Below the pieces are notes generated by a model. The model did no database searches. It worked only from the letters and a program-made list of their open reading frames with translations, and was not told the DNA's origin. From IMG/VR virus record IMGVR_UViG_3300037245_001295, positions 32,001 through 96,000 of that record: a stretch of DNA of 64,000 nucleotides; one strand, given 5' to 3'. Made by a program: the position numbers and the translations under genes. The stretch is from a virus. Positions 45,494 to 55,697 of the stretch are shown in pieces. The stretch's first letter is position 1. Each line of letters begins with the position of its first letter.

Positions 45494-45615
45494 CGCCCTG
45501 TGGACTAATGGTTTAGGTCACGGCAAATGGCATCGCTAAGGGTTCAAATCCCTGTAACACGGCCTGTGGCGAGTGAGTCCCGGCCGAGGTGCAGCTTCGA
45601 TACCTGTCAGGGCGT
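45494..45615 (+). ncRNA. tRNA-like RNA with 58-nt insert replacing the anticodon loop
   Basis: Acceptor CGCCCTG/CAGGGCG; D-arm GACT-AATGGTTTA-GGTC; CGGC/GCCG stem; T-arm with TTCGATA; insert carries AGGG-TTCAAAT-CCCT. Confidence 0.6.
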
Positions 45616-45652
45616 TTTAAGCACGAGGATTCAGGAGTCGGAGTATGAACCT

Positions 45653-47552
45653 ATGAAATACCTAGTAGTCAAGTTTTACGACAACGACTTTGGCACCCCT
45701 ATGCTGGCGGCCTTGGCCCGATTGTGGGGTTACATCGACGGCAACGACCGGGCGTACTCGCAGCCGCAATACATGAATGTTACGCAGGTCTTCGAGAAAC
45801 TTCTTGAGTGCGGAGCCTTTCAGCCGATGCTGCTGCGGCTGTTCGTATTGGAGAATCTGTGCAGCGACGTAGAGGGTAAGACTCGCGGCCTGCATAACTG
45901 GCACGAGTGGTCTGCGGAAAAGGCAATGATTGACAAGCCCAGTCACCTTGAGCCCGACACCTACCTCTCCTGCGACGTTGCCATTTATGGGCAATACGAA
46001 AACATACCCGACATTGATTGGGCGAACGGTGAATGTGCGTACCTCAACCTAACAACTGGCGAAGTGGGGACTTTCTAATGATGAAAGCTGAACGAGAACG
46101 TATCGCCGTAATAGCCCGACGAATCGACATTCTGAATGACGAGGGGAACAAGAAATTAAAATACGCCTACACCCTTGTATCCCTACAGACTAAGCTGTGC
46201 GCAGAGGTCATCACAGGCGAGCGGTTGCTGGCCGGAAAGTGGCGGTCCATCCCGGACAATCACGTTGTTCGACTTGTGGCCACTTGGTTCGACTACCAGC
46301 GAATACGTGAGTTGGTAAAGCCTCTGCTTATTTATGACGACATAAAGCTGACGGTGGTTGAGGGCGTGACCCTGAGTGTCGGGGATGACTCGCTGACCCT
46401 GTGGCTTACGGTTGAAACTGCTGCCCAGTTCATCCTGGAGAATGGAATTACACTTGACATGGCCTCCGTATTTGAGAACCGGGACAAGCTGGCGACAAGG
46501 CTCGAAGAGACGAACGCCATGATCGCCGCACTGGGAGAGACACCATGATAGAAGCACTGAGAACATTGGCAAACATCACTGACTACTCGGACGCCGAGCT
46601 TGCGAGCCTTGTCGAGACGTTCGGGCGTGTGTGTTCCCTGCACCAGCTTACCGTACCGGTCACGTCGGTGATCGACGCCCGCCGAGAGTTGGAGCGGGTG
46701 AAAGACCCCGGCGATTCCGCTGTGTCGGCTGCCAACATCGTCGCCTGTGCCGAGGCATTGGTGGCCGTTGGCGGCGTAGGACCGGAGTTCATGGCGTTGG
46801 ACCGGGCACTTGACAACATGCGAGGACACCGGAGAGTATGATGTACCGTTTCGTTCGATGTATACCGAACCCACGATGCCCTGATACACAGGGTTGGTAT
46901 TTGGTCCTGAAGCCGGGTGATCTTGCGACATTTATGGAACTCCATCTGGGGATCGCAAACTTCTACTTTTGTAAGTTTGGTACTGGTGGTTCAGGGACGA
47001 AATCTGGACCGGATTTGGGCGTGCCTAGAAACCCAATCCGGCTTGCAGAATTGTGGCTCGAAACTGTTGAGAAACATCGGGCCGCCGGCACCACGCTTGT
47101 AGTAAATTCGTGCGGCGGTATGCTGCCTTTGGACAGTGTAGAAGTTATCACTGAGGCTGAGTCTGAGAAGATGTACTGGCCTCGTGAGAGAGGGGGCTTT
47201 GAGGAGATCACGATTTCCCGGTGGTCGCAAGCGAGTCATTACTACCTGTCAAGTGACGCGGGCCGTATTTTCGTGCCGCCCAAGTATGCTCGCTACGAAG
47301 ATGCCCGCCGGGTGGCCGAGATGTACACTGACAAAATCAATGATAAAGGTTGTTAAGATGGACGATGCAGAATTCCGAGAGTTTCAAGAAGATTTGCAGC
47401 TACACCCATACTGCGACCGCCGACTCGCGGCTGAGGCGATAATTGCCAGAATTCCTCAGTTGCTTGAAGCTGAAGCCATCCTCCATGCGTTGTATGCGGC
47501 CGGGGTGGACAACTGGGAAGGGTACGCCTTTGCTTTGGACGAGGTGGAATAA
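45653..47552 (+). other. run of hypothetical ORFs (45653-46078, 46078-46548, 46545-46841, 46838-47356, 47358-47552)
   Basis: Overlapping stop/start codons and RBSs. Confidence 0.55.
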
Positions 47553-47626
47553 TCCAGGGTAGCTCAATTGGAGAGAGCGCCCGCCTGTTAAGCGGGATGT
47601 TGCAGGTTCGAGTCCTGCCCCTGGAG
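47553..47626 (+). tRNA. tRNA-Asn (GTT)
   Basis: TCCAGGG/CCCTGGA; CCCGC-CTGTTAA-GCGGG; GGTTCGAGTCC. Confidence 0.92.
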
Positions 47627-47629
47627 CTT

Positions 47630-47701
47630 GCTACTGTGGCAGAATGGTTATGCACCTGATTTGTAATCAGGATTATGTGAGTTCGACTCTCACCGGTAGC
47701 T
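47630..47701 (+). tRNA. tRNA-Thr (TGT)
   Basis: GCTACTG/CGGTAGC; CCTGA-TTTGTAA-TCAGG; GTTCGACTC. Confidence 0.9.
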
Positions 47702-47721
47702 CTTAACCTTGGAGAACTGAC

Positions 47722-48260
47722 ATGATACGCGGAACTTACGTTGGCGACGACCCAAACTTGAGGGGCAAGCTCGCCCTCCTGATGTACAAAGGTGGCGGCG
47801 TGCTGGCTCAGTTCGATGACCGAACAATCCCCGGCGGGCTCGCTTACGGATGGCATCAGTTTGAGCGGGCCGACTTCACCGTTGCCGGCAGCCCTTTTGA
47901 AGCACCGACGAAAGGTTAGTGATGAAACGACTTGACCCGAGGTTCATTGAAGCGTTCTCCATCAAGACCACGCATCTGATGAAGGCCATCCGTCACATTC
48001 AGACGCTTGAGGATCACCTGCCTGATGGATTCCCCGAGCCTTCTGAGATCGACCTGACGAAGCGTCCTTATGATCTTGAGGTGCTTTGGGAGGCACAGGA
48101 CATGAAACACGCATGGAAACTACGTACGATTATTAAGGACATGCTTGAGTGCGACGGCAAGTGGCATACACACACCGGCGAACTTGTGTGCCGGTCGCGA
48201 GTTAACGTCGGCGGTAAAGCCAGCCTGAATCTTATCATGCGTATCGAGGTGCTAAAATAG
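47722..48260 (+). other. two hypothetical ORFs (47722-47919, 47919-48260)
   Basis: GGAG RBS; coupled. Confidence 0.55.
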
Positions 48261-48331
48261 CTCCGGGAGGAGAGTCTTGCCGGTCTGGCAGCGGCGTCAT
48301 CTGCCGCTATAGACTGACGCCCCCGGAGCTA
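48258..48331 (+). other. intergenic structured element
   Basis: 10-bp closing stem TAGCTCCGGG/CCCGGAGCTA with inner AGCGGC/GCCGCT hairpin. Confidence 0.45.
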
Positions 48332-48349
48332 CAACATAGAGGAGAAGAG

Positions 48350-50468
48350 ATGGACGAGAGCCCTTGGAGGCGGTGCGTTGTCTGCGCCCAGTGGATGAAC
48401 CTGGATTCCCACGAAGACGGCGTCGATTACATGACAATCTATGGAACACCTGAACGACGCCGCCGTGTTGATTTGGAAGGCAAGCGCCCGTATGCCAGCG
48501 TCAGATGCCTCTGTACGACGTGTATCAAAGCCATAGCGGAGTTAGCAAATGAAATCGAAGACGCCTCAAACTGAACTCTCTGTGACGCGGGACGGCCGCC
48601 CGGTCTTCCGTGGCGACACAGTCTACGTCACGAGCAATGGTGGCCCTTTCGAGAAGCATGTCATCGCAGAGTGCTACGCGATGAAGATCGTGTACACAAC
48701 GCCTGACTCTGACGGTTACGAAGGCGCGAAGCTGGCGGTAGTGTACGCCGAGCCGGATATGTACACCTGGAAGCTGGTGAAAATCCCCCGCTGGACTGCA
48801 CCTTATTGGGTGAATGATCTCGGTGATTACTGGCTTACCGGGGGTGTGCGAATACCTAAGCATGTGGAAGACGTGGTATCCGACGTAGGTTTCGGTCAGT
48901 TCAGGGATTTGGATCATACGAAGACAGGCCTCTGCGTCAAGAAGTCAGATGCGGGTTGGCTCAGCCGTGCTGGCAGATTCTACCCGTGCCGGAATGTTGA
49001 CCACGAGAACTACGCCAGCTTGATTTTTCATTCGTCAGGCCGTTCAATGGAAAAGAAGGGCTGGATACGAATCTATAGTAAGCGGGAGTGGATCGCGACG
49101 AAGAGGCTCAGCCCAGACCAATTTGAGTGGCTCCATAGTCGCGGCTATGATACCGAAGACTACAGCAGTGACTTGGCACCGCACCTCTTTGAGACGAATT
49201 AACATGGAACGATGGAAAGTAGCAGATCGCCAGTTTATGGCAGCCAGAATCGAACCCGGCGTATGTAAATGCACAGAACGCCCCCTCCGATATTCTATAC
49301 CGGGGTGGGTGCATCTTGTTAGGCTGCCCGCGCCCCGGGTGGGCGTGCTGCGGCTGCTATTCGGTCACATGTTTCCCGCCACGCTACCGCCCTGGCCTGA
49401 GCCAGTAGAAGTGCAATCCAAGGTGTGGCATACCTCCCTAGTCAAAAGTAAATGCAACTGGTGCAAATACCTGGAAGCAATGGGTGTCACCCAAGTACGG
49501 CTTGACTATGATCCGTGCCGCCAAATGTACACCCTCACCCGAGAGGACTGACATGATAGTTGTAACAATCGTCTGTGTAGTTGCTGTCGGCCTGATGCTG
49601 GCCATTACCGTCCTAGCGGCCATAACGGCACCCACTTGCCCCGACTGCGGCGGCGTGCTGATACTCGGTGGGGTGGTTCGCACGTCCAAGAGCTACCGAT
49701 GTTCACATTGTAAGAAATGGTGGTGGGGTTATCAGATTGAGAGGCGGTAACTATGTTTAGCTGCAAGACTTGTTATTGGTATATGAATGACGACCTTCCA
49801 GACAGTTGTAGGATATGCAAATGTCCGAAGATGTTCTACGGGTATCGACGTAGGGACGGCGATCAAGCTAGGGATGCGGTTCAAATTGAAGACGATGAGG
49901 GTTGGGGCATGATCCCTGGACCAGACTTTGGCTGCATACACCACAAGGATAAATGATGGACATTATAGAATTCGCAATCAAAGACGACCCCAGACACGAG
50001 TCGCTGGCCGAGACGGTGAAACGTCTAGCGCGAGGTGAAGTGCCACCACCGATGCCGAAGTCGGTGGAGTGGTCGCCAAGGCCCTTCGACATGCGGTTCA
50101 TCGACAATCTGACCCGCGAGGAGTGTCAGACCGTGTATGAGCGTCTCCTGGAGCGTGGTAAGCAACTCCGCACGGCAGACCCGTTGGTCTACGGCGTGAA
50201 GCGTACTTGGAAAAGCGTCACTCGCTACCATACGCGGGTCAAAGGAATGGGCTGGCGTCAACTACTGGCATCCGACTTGGAACATGGTGCCTTGTGGCTT
50301 ACTGCGATCCGCTCGGTGGCTGAGGACAACGCAAAGGCAATGGGGAAAGACCGTAGCTGCGTCTTGAAAGATGCCGTATGGGAGGTCTTTGAGATTCCCA
50401 AAGTCGAAGCCGTCAAGCTGCCGTGTTACAAATGTCACTACGGAAAGAGATCGGAGTTTGTAGGGTGA
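48350..50468 (+). other. run of hypothetical ORFs (48350-48574, 48549-49202, 49204-49551, 49553-49750, 49753-49956, 49953-50468)
   Basis: Dense, co-oriented, several with CxxC motifs. Confidence 0.55.
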
Positions 50469-50477
50469 GAAAACCAC

Positions 50478-50505
50478 TTGACTTTCTCCAGAAGTGTGTT
50501 ATACT
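50478..50505 (+). promoter_or_regulatory. sigma-70-type promoter
   Basis: TTGACT-16 bp-TATACT with TGn; AGGAGG RBS downstream. Confidence 0.65.
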
Positions 50506-50522
50506 TCATATAGGAGGCCCTA

Positions 50523-50792
50523 ATGATTACCAAAGCAGATAGAGAACTGTACCCACACCACACTGATGGGGCCATTCTAGGCCTAAAGCTCGTCGGCGGC
50601 CTTACCGACGATGCCCTGCAACTATGGTGCGAGGACGCAACCACACAACACCCTATCTTCCTGGCCTTGATGACGCTTATGACAGCCGGGGACCATGTCA
50701 CTAATACCAATTGGCTGCGGGCTCGATTGGCTTATGAAGCCTATGACCGTGGCATGATTGATGAGTTTGAAGTTGACAGGTTAGCAGCATGA
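50523..50792 (+). CDS. hypothetical protein
   Basis: AGGAGG RBS after the promoter. Confidence 0.6.
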   Translation: MITKADRELYPHHTDGAILGLKLVGGLTDDALQLWCEDATTQHPIFLALMTLMTAGDHVTNTNWLRARLAYEAYDRGMIDEFEVDRLAA

Positions 50793-51442
50793 GACTATTG
50801 CGACCATTCACTGGCACAGGCGCGGTGTTCTTCCCGGAAGGCCCACCACCCAACGGCACTTGCGAATTCACTACGGAGGCGTGTCGCAAGCATTGCTATG
50901 TCAACGATCAAAGTGACTTCGATGAAGAAGTGAGGATTCCTACCTGGGTGAAGCGGGAAGTCTACGACCATATTATCAACCTCCCCATCAGAAAAGTTTG
51001 TCGAAGGTTGTGTCGCGATCTAGTTGGATTGCAGACACCTATCCTGCACTGGTTTGCGTCAGGCGATTGCCCTTCAAAAGATGTTGGACGGATTTCGGCC
51101 ATTATCGAATCCATGCCGCCCGACGTTGTCCAGATGGGTTTCACGAGGAATATCGAACTATGGGAGCGGCACAAGGACATCTTTGCGTTGACATTGGAGA
51201 GATTGGGCGTAGCACCTGATCCTCACGCGATGTACTCCTGCCCAAACTACGAGAAGGAAGTATCAGTCATGTGGTGCCCCAGCTACGATGTTAGGGGCGG
51301 GTTTTGCGGCCCTATCCTGTGTAGGGATGCAAGTCGCACACACCCTGAACTTACTCACTATATTAACTGCCGAACCTGCCACCGATTGAAGACCGGTTGC
51401 TTTGATAGGAGAACGGATGAAACTACACAGTCTGAAGCATGA
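50789..51442 (+). CDS. Gp88-like / radical-SAM-related Fe-S protein
   Basis: TC...T..C...CY and H.FASGD; FTR. Confidence 0.55.
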   Translation: MRLLRPFTGTGAVFFPEGPPPNGTCEFTTEACRKHCYVNDQSDFDEEVRIPTWVKREVYDHIINLPIRKVCRRLCRDLVGLQTPILHWFASGDCPSKDVGRISAIIESMPPDVVQMGFTRNIELWERHKDIFALTLERLGVAPDPHAMYSCPNYEKEVSVMWCPSYDVRGGFCGPILCRDASRTHPELTHYINCRTCHRLKTGCFDRRTDETTQSEA

Positions 51443-51499
51443 TTGGTTCCTGTGGGTGTTGGCGGCACTCGCCACCCTTCTCGTAATTGGAGCAACACA

Positions 51500-51670
51500 A
51501 TGAGCGTCCGTGCTAATCTGGAAAAAGCAAGTAGTGAACTTGCGAAAGTCATTGGCATCATCAGCAAGCTATCCGACGCCACCTTGGTAGGCATGATAGG
51601 TGATGAAGAAGCCTGGGAAATACGCTGTCAGATGTCAGCCCTCTTAGCTGACTTGGAGGATGAGGTATGA
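51500..51670 (+). CDS. hypothetical protein
   Basis: GGAG RBS. Confidence 0.45.
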   Translation: MSVRANLEKASSELAKVIGIISKLSDATLVGMIGDEEAWEIRCQMSALLADLEDEV

Positions 51671-52122
51671 ACATGTTCCCAGCCGTAATGCTACTGAGTT
51701 CGCTATTCAGCATCCACCCCATCCTGGAGGCTGGTAAGAAGTTCGACCCCCGCTGTGACATGCTCAAGTATGGGATCACTGACGGTTACCTAACTGGTAT
51801 GGCTGAATCGCACGCCCGCAGCATGGCCACACGCCAGCATCAGGACCACAACGGGTGGGAGCGTCGTTACCACAACATCCATGACAAGTTCCGACGCGGT
51901 CCCCTGCCCAAAGACCTGGGGAAGGTCAGCGAAATCTGCGCCGAGTCCTGGCCGGGCGACGACGCGAAGACGGCCGCCGCCGGCTGTTGGAAGGACTGGA
52001 AGACGAGCCCCGGCCATTGGTCCACTGCGGCCGGTAGGCCCACTCGCTTCGGGGTCGCGATGGCCCGGGGCAAGAATGGGATTTACTACATCTGCATCAT
52101 CGCCGTATGGGAGCGACCATGA
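51667..52122 (+). CDS. CAP/SCP-domain protein
   Basis: AESHA..MA, H, EICAE, W..SPGH, FGVA.....Y. Confidence 0.75.
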   Translation: MNMFPAVMLLSSLFSIHPILEAGKKFDPRCDMLKYGITDGYLTGMAESHARSMATRQHQDHNGWERRYHNIHDKFRRGPLPKDLGKVSEICAESWPGDDAKTAAAGCWKDWKTSPGHWSTAAGRPTRFGVAMARGKNGIYYICIIAVWERP

Positions 52123-52884
52123 AACTAAACGCCTGGATTGAGGCACTGCCCCCTGCTGACAAGGCACGACTGGCAGAGGCACTGAACAAAGACCCCGTCG
52201 CCGCTTTGAAAGCCTACAAGGCTTATGCAGGTGCAGAGGCTCTGAAAGTGCTTCGTGAACTTTTCGATGTACACCCGCTAAGCGATTTCATCTACACGAT
52301 TCGTGAGTGTGAAGGCAAAGGCTGGGAAGGTCCGCTCGTGAAGCGATGGGCTGCGGCGTTGGCGCGGGCGGACGCACTCATTGAGGAGAAACCATGAAAG
52401 AATCATTAGTAATCGCTTGGGTATTTATTCTGGCACTTATCGCCATCCTCATAGGTGCCGGCTTCGCAGTATTTGATTGGTCGCCTATGCTAACCCGGTT
52501 GGCAATTGTAGAAGCCGCCGTCTTTGGCATCGGTCTTGTCATCGCAGTAATATCTAGCGTCATTCAGTAACCGTGACGCTTCCAGGAGACACCATGACGG
52601 CACGAAGCAACTGGCGTGGTCACCCGATTGAGTCGGCCCCCGTGGGGTGGATATACAGCGACACGGGCGAACCCACCGTTGGCAGTCGAAGACCTTGTGG
52701 ACGTTGTCACCGCCCACCGACATCTGAGGGGCATGATGCCTGTCTCGGCACCCTGGCAGGCGTAATGAATGCTTGCTGCGGCCATGGGAACACTGAAGCT
52801 GCCTACGTTCAAATGAACAACGGGTCAGCCCGACGTGGGAAAGCCGCTCTGGAATTTGCACAAGGGTTGTCAAATGAATCTTAA
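52119..52884 (+). other. three hypothetical ORFs (52119-52397, 52394-52570 two-TM, 52594-52884)
   Basis: RBSs and ATGA overlaps. Confidence 0.5.
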
Positions 52885-53302
52885 ACTGATTGACACTATT
52901 CGGATATTGGACTTCCCATTCCATGCTTATGTCGTGGTGGGTAGTGGGATACTGGCTATTCGGGGCATTCGCCCGGCGAGGGATATTGACATTGTTGTCA
53001 CTGGTGAACTCTACAATGAATGTAAGAAAAGTGGTTGGCGTGAAGAGTGGCACGCGGTTGTAAACAAGTATGCCTTGCACAAGCATGTTGGTTGTTTTGA
53101 AGTTGAACTCTACCGGGACGTTAATGGTGGTGAGGTGCAGTTTACATTTGAGGAGTTGCGGGCGTCGGCCGATATATTTCAAAATGCCCCCTTTATTTCC
53201 CTCCCTCAAATGTTGCGTGTGAAACAGCGTTGCGCGTCCTGGGGTGCAAAACATCGTGAAGACGTCGCGTACCTGCAAAGGCTGATTTTCCTGGAGAACT
53301 AA
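52874..53302 (+). CDS. minimal nucleotidyltransferase-fold protein
   Basis: VVVGSG.L...GIR...DIDIVV (GS..DxD); K...D near C-terminus. Confidence 0.6.
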   Translation: MNLKLIDTIRILDFPFHAYVVVGSGILAIRGIRPARDIDIVVTGELYNECKKSGWREEWHAVVNKYALHKHVGCFEVELYRDVNGGEVQFTFEELRASADIFQNAPFISLPQMLRVKQRCASWGAKHREDVAYLQRLIFLEN

Positions 53303-53670
53303 TGATTGACAAGCGCGACATCACGTTCCGGTACACCCGAGGGCAAGGCCCTGGCGGTCAACGTAAGAACAAAGTCGAGACCTGCGTGATTGCCACACAC
53401 ACGCCCACAGGCCTTGAAGTTCGGGTTGACGGACGCAACCGCCGCCAGAATCAGAAGGAAGCTGTCAAGCTCCTGACGCAGCGGGTGCGGGAAGCTGCTG
53501 CGAAGCGGGTGGCGAAACAGCGGAAGGCGCGGCGCGACCACGCAATTAAGAATGAGGAACGCATACGGACGTATGACTACTCGCGAAACCTCGTGACAGA
53601 TCACCGGACGGGCAAGACAGCCCCGATCAAGGAAATCCTAGAAAAGGCTAAACTGGAGAAACTGCGATGA
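53302..53670 (+). CDS. peptide chain release factor-like protein (GGQ domain only)
   Basis: RGQGPGGQ..NK....V...H.PTG and ERIRTY.Y....VTDHR. Confidence 0.85.
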   Translation: MIDKRDITFRYTRGQGPGGQRKNKVETCVIATHTPTGLEVRVDGRNRRQNQKEAVKLLTQRVREAAAKRVAKQRKARRDHAIKNEERIRTYDYSRNLVTDHRTGKTAPIKEILEKAKLEKLR

Positions 53671-53835
53671 ACACGAGGGCGTACTTAGGCGGGTTGCACT
53701 ACAATACAAAACTTCTGTTGCAGAAGATCGCCACCATGACTGACGACGAGGTAAACTCAGTGGTGTCAGAGGAGGAGGCTTTTGAAATGCAAAACTTCGT
53801 CCGTGACATTCTAAACCAAATAATGGAGAACTGAT

Positions 53836-54048
53836 ATGGGATGGGCCGGAGGAAGTGACGTTATGACTAGCATCATCCATGGTGCTAAGAAGCGATTTCC
53901 GCATGATCCAGAGATACGGCGTGACATTTATGAGATTACCATCTGGGCACTTGACGGGCATGATTGGGATACACACGACGAGTGCATGGGTCAAGATATT
54001 GAGTTCGACAAGGCCCTTGAAAAACTACGACCGGAGCGTAGAGACTGA
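53836..54048 (+). CDS. hypothetical protein
   Basis: GGAG RBS; MGWAGG...DWDT. Confidence 0.55.
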   Translation: MGWAGGSDVMTSIIHGAKKRFPHDPEIRRDIYEITIWALDGHDWDTHDECMGQDIEFDKALEKLRPERRD

Positions 54049-54049
54049 C

Positions 54050-54829
54050 ATGCCCAAGTACCCTGAGTTAGCCGACTACAAGACTCTTGAGATTCCCGTA
54101 GGCGTGATCTACTTCGACCGGGCGTTCAACAGCCGGGGCGTGTTCGCGCCTCAATCGTGCGTAGAGCTTGCCGAGAGTATGCGGGCCAAAGGCTTGAAGA
54201 TTCCCATCATCGTTCAACCGCGCGGGGATGCCAGGGGTGTTCCGAAGGGGTTCGAGTATCGTATCATTGCCGGGCACCGCCGGTACACGGCCGCTAAGCT
54301 GTTGCTACAGTGGGTCACTATCCCGGCAACTGTAGTCACAGGCTTGTCTGAGAAGGACGCCAGGGTCACGAATCTGATCGAGAATCTGGCCCGGAAGAAT
54401 CTAACGCTGTACCAAGAGGCAGTCGCCCTTCGGCATACCTTCCCTGACCCGATCTCTTACGAGAAGATGGCTAAGGAGGTGAGCAAGAGTTCCTCGTGGT
54501 GTCGAATTCGGTGTCGTCTGCTAGAGGCCCCAGAAAAGGTGCAGGAACTTGCCAGAAAGAACATCTTAGGCGCGGCCGATCTGAAGTACCTGACGTACAA
54601 AACGCCCGACGAGCAGCTAGCTATAGCGGCAGAGATCGAGATTGCCAATTTGCACGGCGAGACTCTGCTAAACTACAGGCGTCGGAACAAGAAAATACGG
54701 CGAGCCCGCAACCTCCGGGACATTGATGAAATGCTGACTATGCTCATGGCTAAGGGTGTATACCCAGACCCGTACAAAGCGCTATCGTGGGCTGCCGGAA
54801 GAATACCAGACGAAGAACTTTTAGGCTAA
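54050..54829 (+). CDS. second ParB/Spo0J-like protein
   Basis: LAESM...GL..PIIV, IIAGHRRY.A, NLIEN..R.NL, HTH. Confidence 0.85.
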   Translation: MPKYPELADYKTLEIPVGVIYFDRAFNSRGVFAPQSCVELAESMRAKGLKIPIIVQPRGDARGVPKGFEYRIIAGHRRYTAAKLLLQWVTIPATVVTGLSEKDARVTNLIENLARKNLTLYQEAVALRHTFPDPISYEKMAKEVSKSSSWCRIRCRLLEAPEKVQELARKNILGAADLKYLTYKTPDEQLAIAAEIEIANLHGETLLNYRRRNKKIRRARNLRDIDEMLTMLMAKGVYPDPYKALSWAAGRIPDEELLG

Positions 54830-54830
54830 T

Positions 54831-54846
54831 TGGCACGGGAGTTGCA
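54831..54846 (+). promoter_or_regulatory. sigma-54 (-24/-12) promoter
   Basis: TGGCACGGGAGTTGCA, GG-N10-GC. Confidence 0.55.
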
Positions 54847-54847
54847 C

Positions 54848-55105
54848 ATGTATGTAGATCAACAATTAAGAAGGCTGCTTGTACGGTATCGCGGGAGGAT
54901 TCTGTTTGACTACTCAGGTCCACAGGACGTGTGTTGCCTCAGTGCGCGGCGTGACGGCTCGGCCGACGATGATTGGGTTTATGTCTCATTCACCCTCCCC
55001 ACGTCCCCTGAGGACTCTTACGACCGTGCAGTCATCGCCTTGAGGGGTTGGCTGACAATGCCGCAAGCTCGGTATGACAAAGAATACCCAAAGGATTCCA
55101 ACTGA
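54848..55105 (+). CDS. hypothetical protein
   Basis: Fills the gap; start uncertain. Confidence 0.4.
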   Translation: MYVDQQLRRLLVRYRGRILFDYSGPQDVCCLSARRDGSADDDWVYVSFTLPTSPEDSYDRAVIALRGWLTMPQARYDKEYPKDSN

Positions 55106-55106
55106 T

Positions 55107-55122
55107 TGGCACGGAATTTGCA
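55107..55122 (+). promoter_or_regulatory. sigma-54 (-24/-12) promoter
   Basis: TGGCACGGAATTTGCA, intergenic, correctly placed before AGGAGG and ATG 55148. Confidence 0.7.
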
Positions 55123-55147
55123 CTATTAGTATGCCAAGGAGGCCGCA

Positions 55148-55528
55148 ATGCAAAGAATAACAGAAAAAAGGCTTGATTTACTAGGGTTTCACCGCGAGAA
55201 CGGCGTCATCGAGGTACGAAAACTTCCCGCCGGCACGCGAATTGCACTGGAGACTGTGTCCGAGGTCTACGAGCTTGAAGTCGGAACCCCCCGGTTGGGG
55301 GTTGTTCTGATAGCCAGCGAGCGGAAGTTCCGGGCGCGCGACAAGGCAGTAGTCACCGGAAGCCTTGACGTTGACACTGGCCTGTTTCTACCGAAGATCA
55401 TTGGGCAAGGCCTCAAGGTTGTACTCAAACGACCCTACGCCCCTGTGATACGAACCGATCCGGTGCTGGCCGCCACGATCCGGGGCAAGGACGACAGTTA
55501 CGTTTATGAAATGTGGAATTTGGAGTAA
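55148..55528 (+). CDS. hypothetical protein
   Basis: AGGAGG RBS. Confidence 0.65.
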   Translation: MQRITEKRLDLLGFHRENGVIEVRKLPAGTRIALETVSEVYELEVGTPRLGVVLIASERKFRARDKAVVTGSLDVDTGLFLPKIIGQGLKVVLKRPYAPVIRTDPVLAATIRGKDDSYVYEMWNLE

Positions 55529-55532
55529 GACA

Positions 55533-55697
55533 ATGAGTAAGTCGTTCCTTTACGCGATCATCTTTGGCGCATTGGCCGCCGTGGCCGTCCGTTTTTCCAC
55601 GGGCCTCACACCCGATGGGGAGTGCGTTACTACGTACTTGGCAATGATCCTGGGTACCCTGCTGGCCATCGGAAAAACTCTGGAGCAGAGATCGTGA
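55533..55697 (+). CDS. small membrane protein
   Basis: GGAG RBS; two hydrophobic segments. Confidence 0.5.
   Translation: MSKSFLYAIIFGALAAVAVRFSTGLTPDGECVTTYLAMILGTLLAIGKTLEQRS

Noticed and set aside
45527-45652. N-terminal extension of ORF 45527-46078
   Set aside because: It overlaps the tRNA-like element; a better RBS-supported start is at 45653.
53302-53670. Release factor as a sign of stop-codon reassignment
   Set aside because: Genes are intact and tightly packed in code 11 with TAA, TGA and TAG all used as stops; no suppressor tRNA; the protein lacks the codon-recognition domain.
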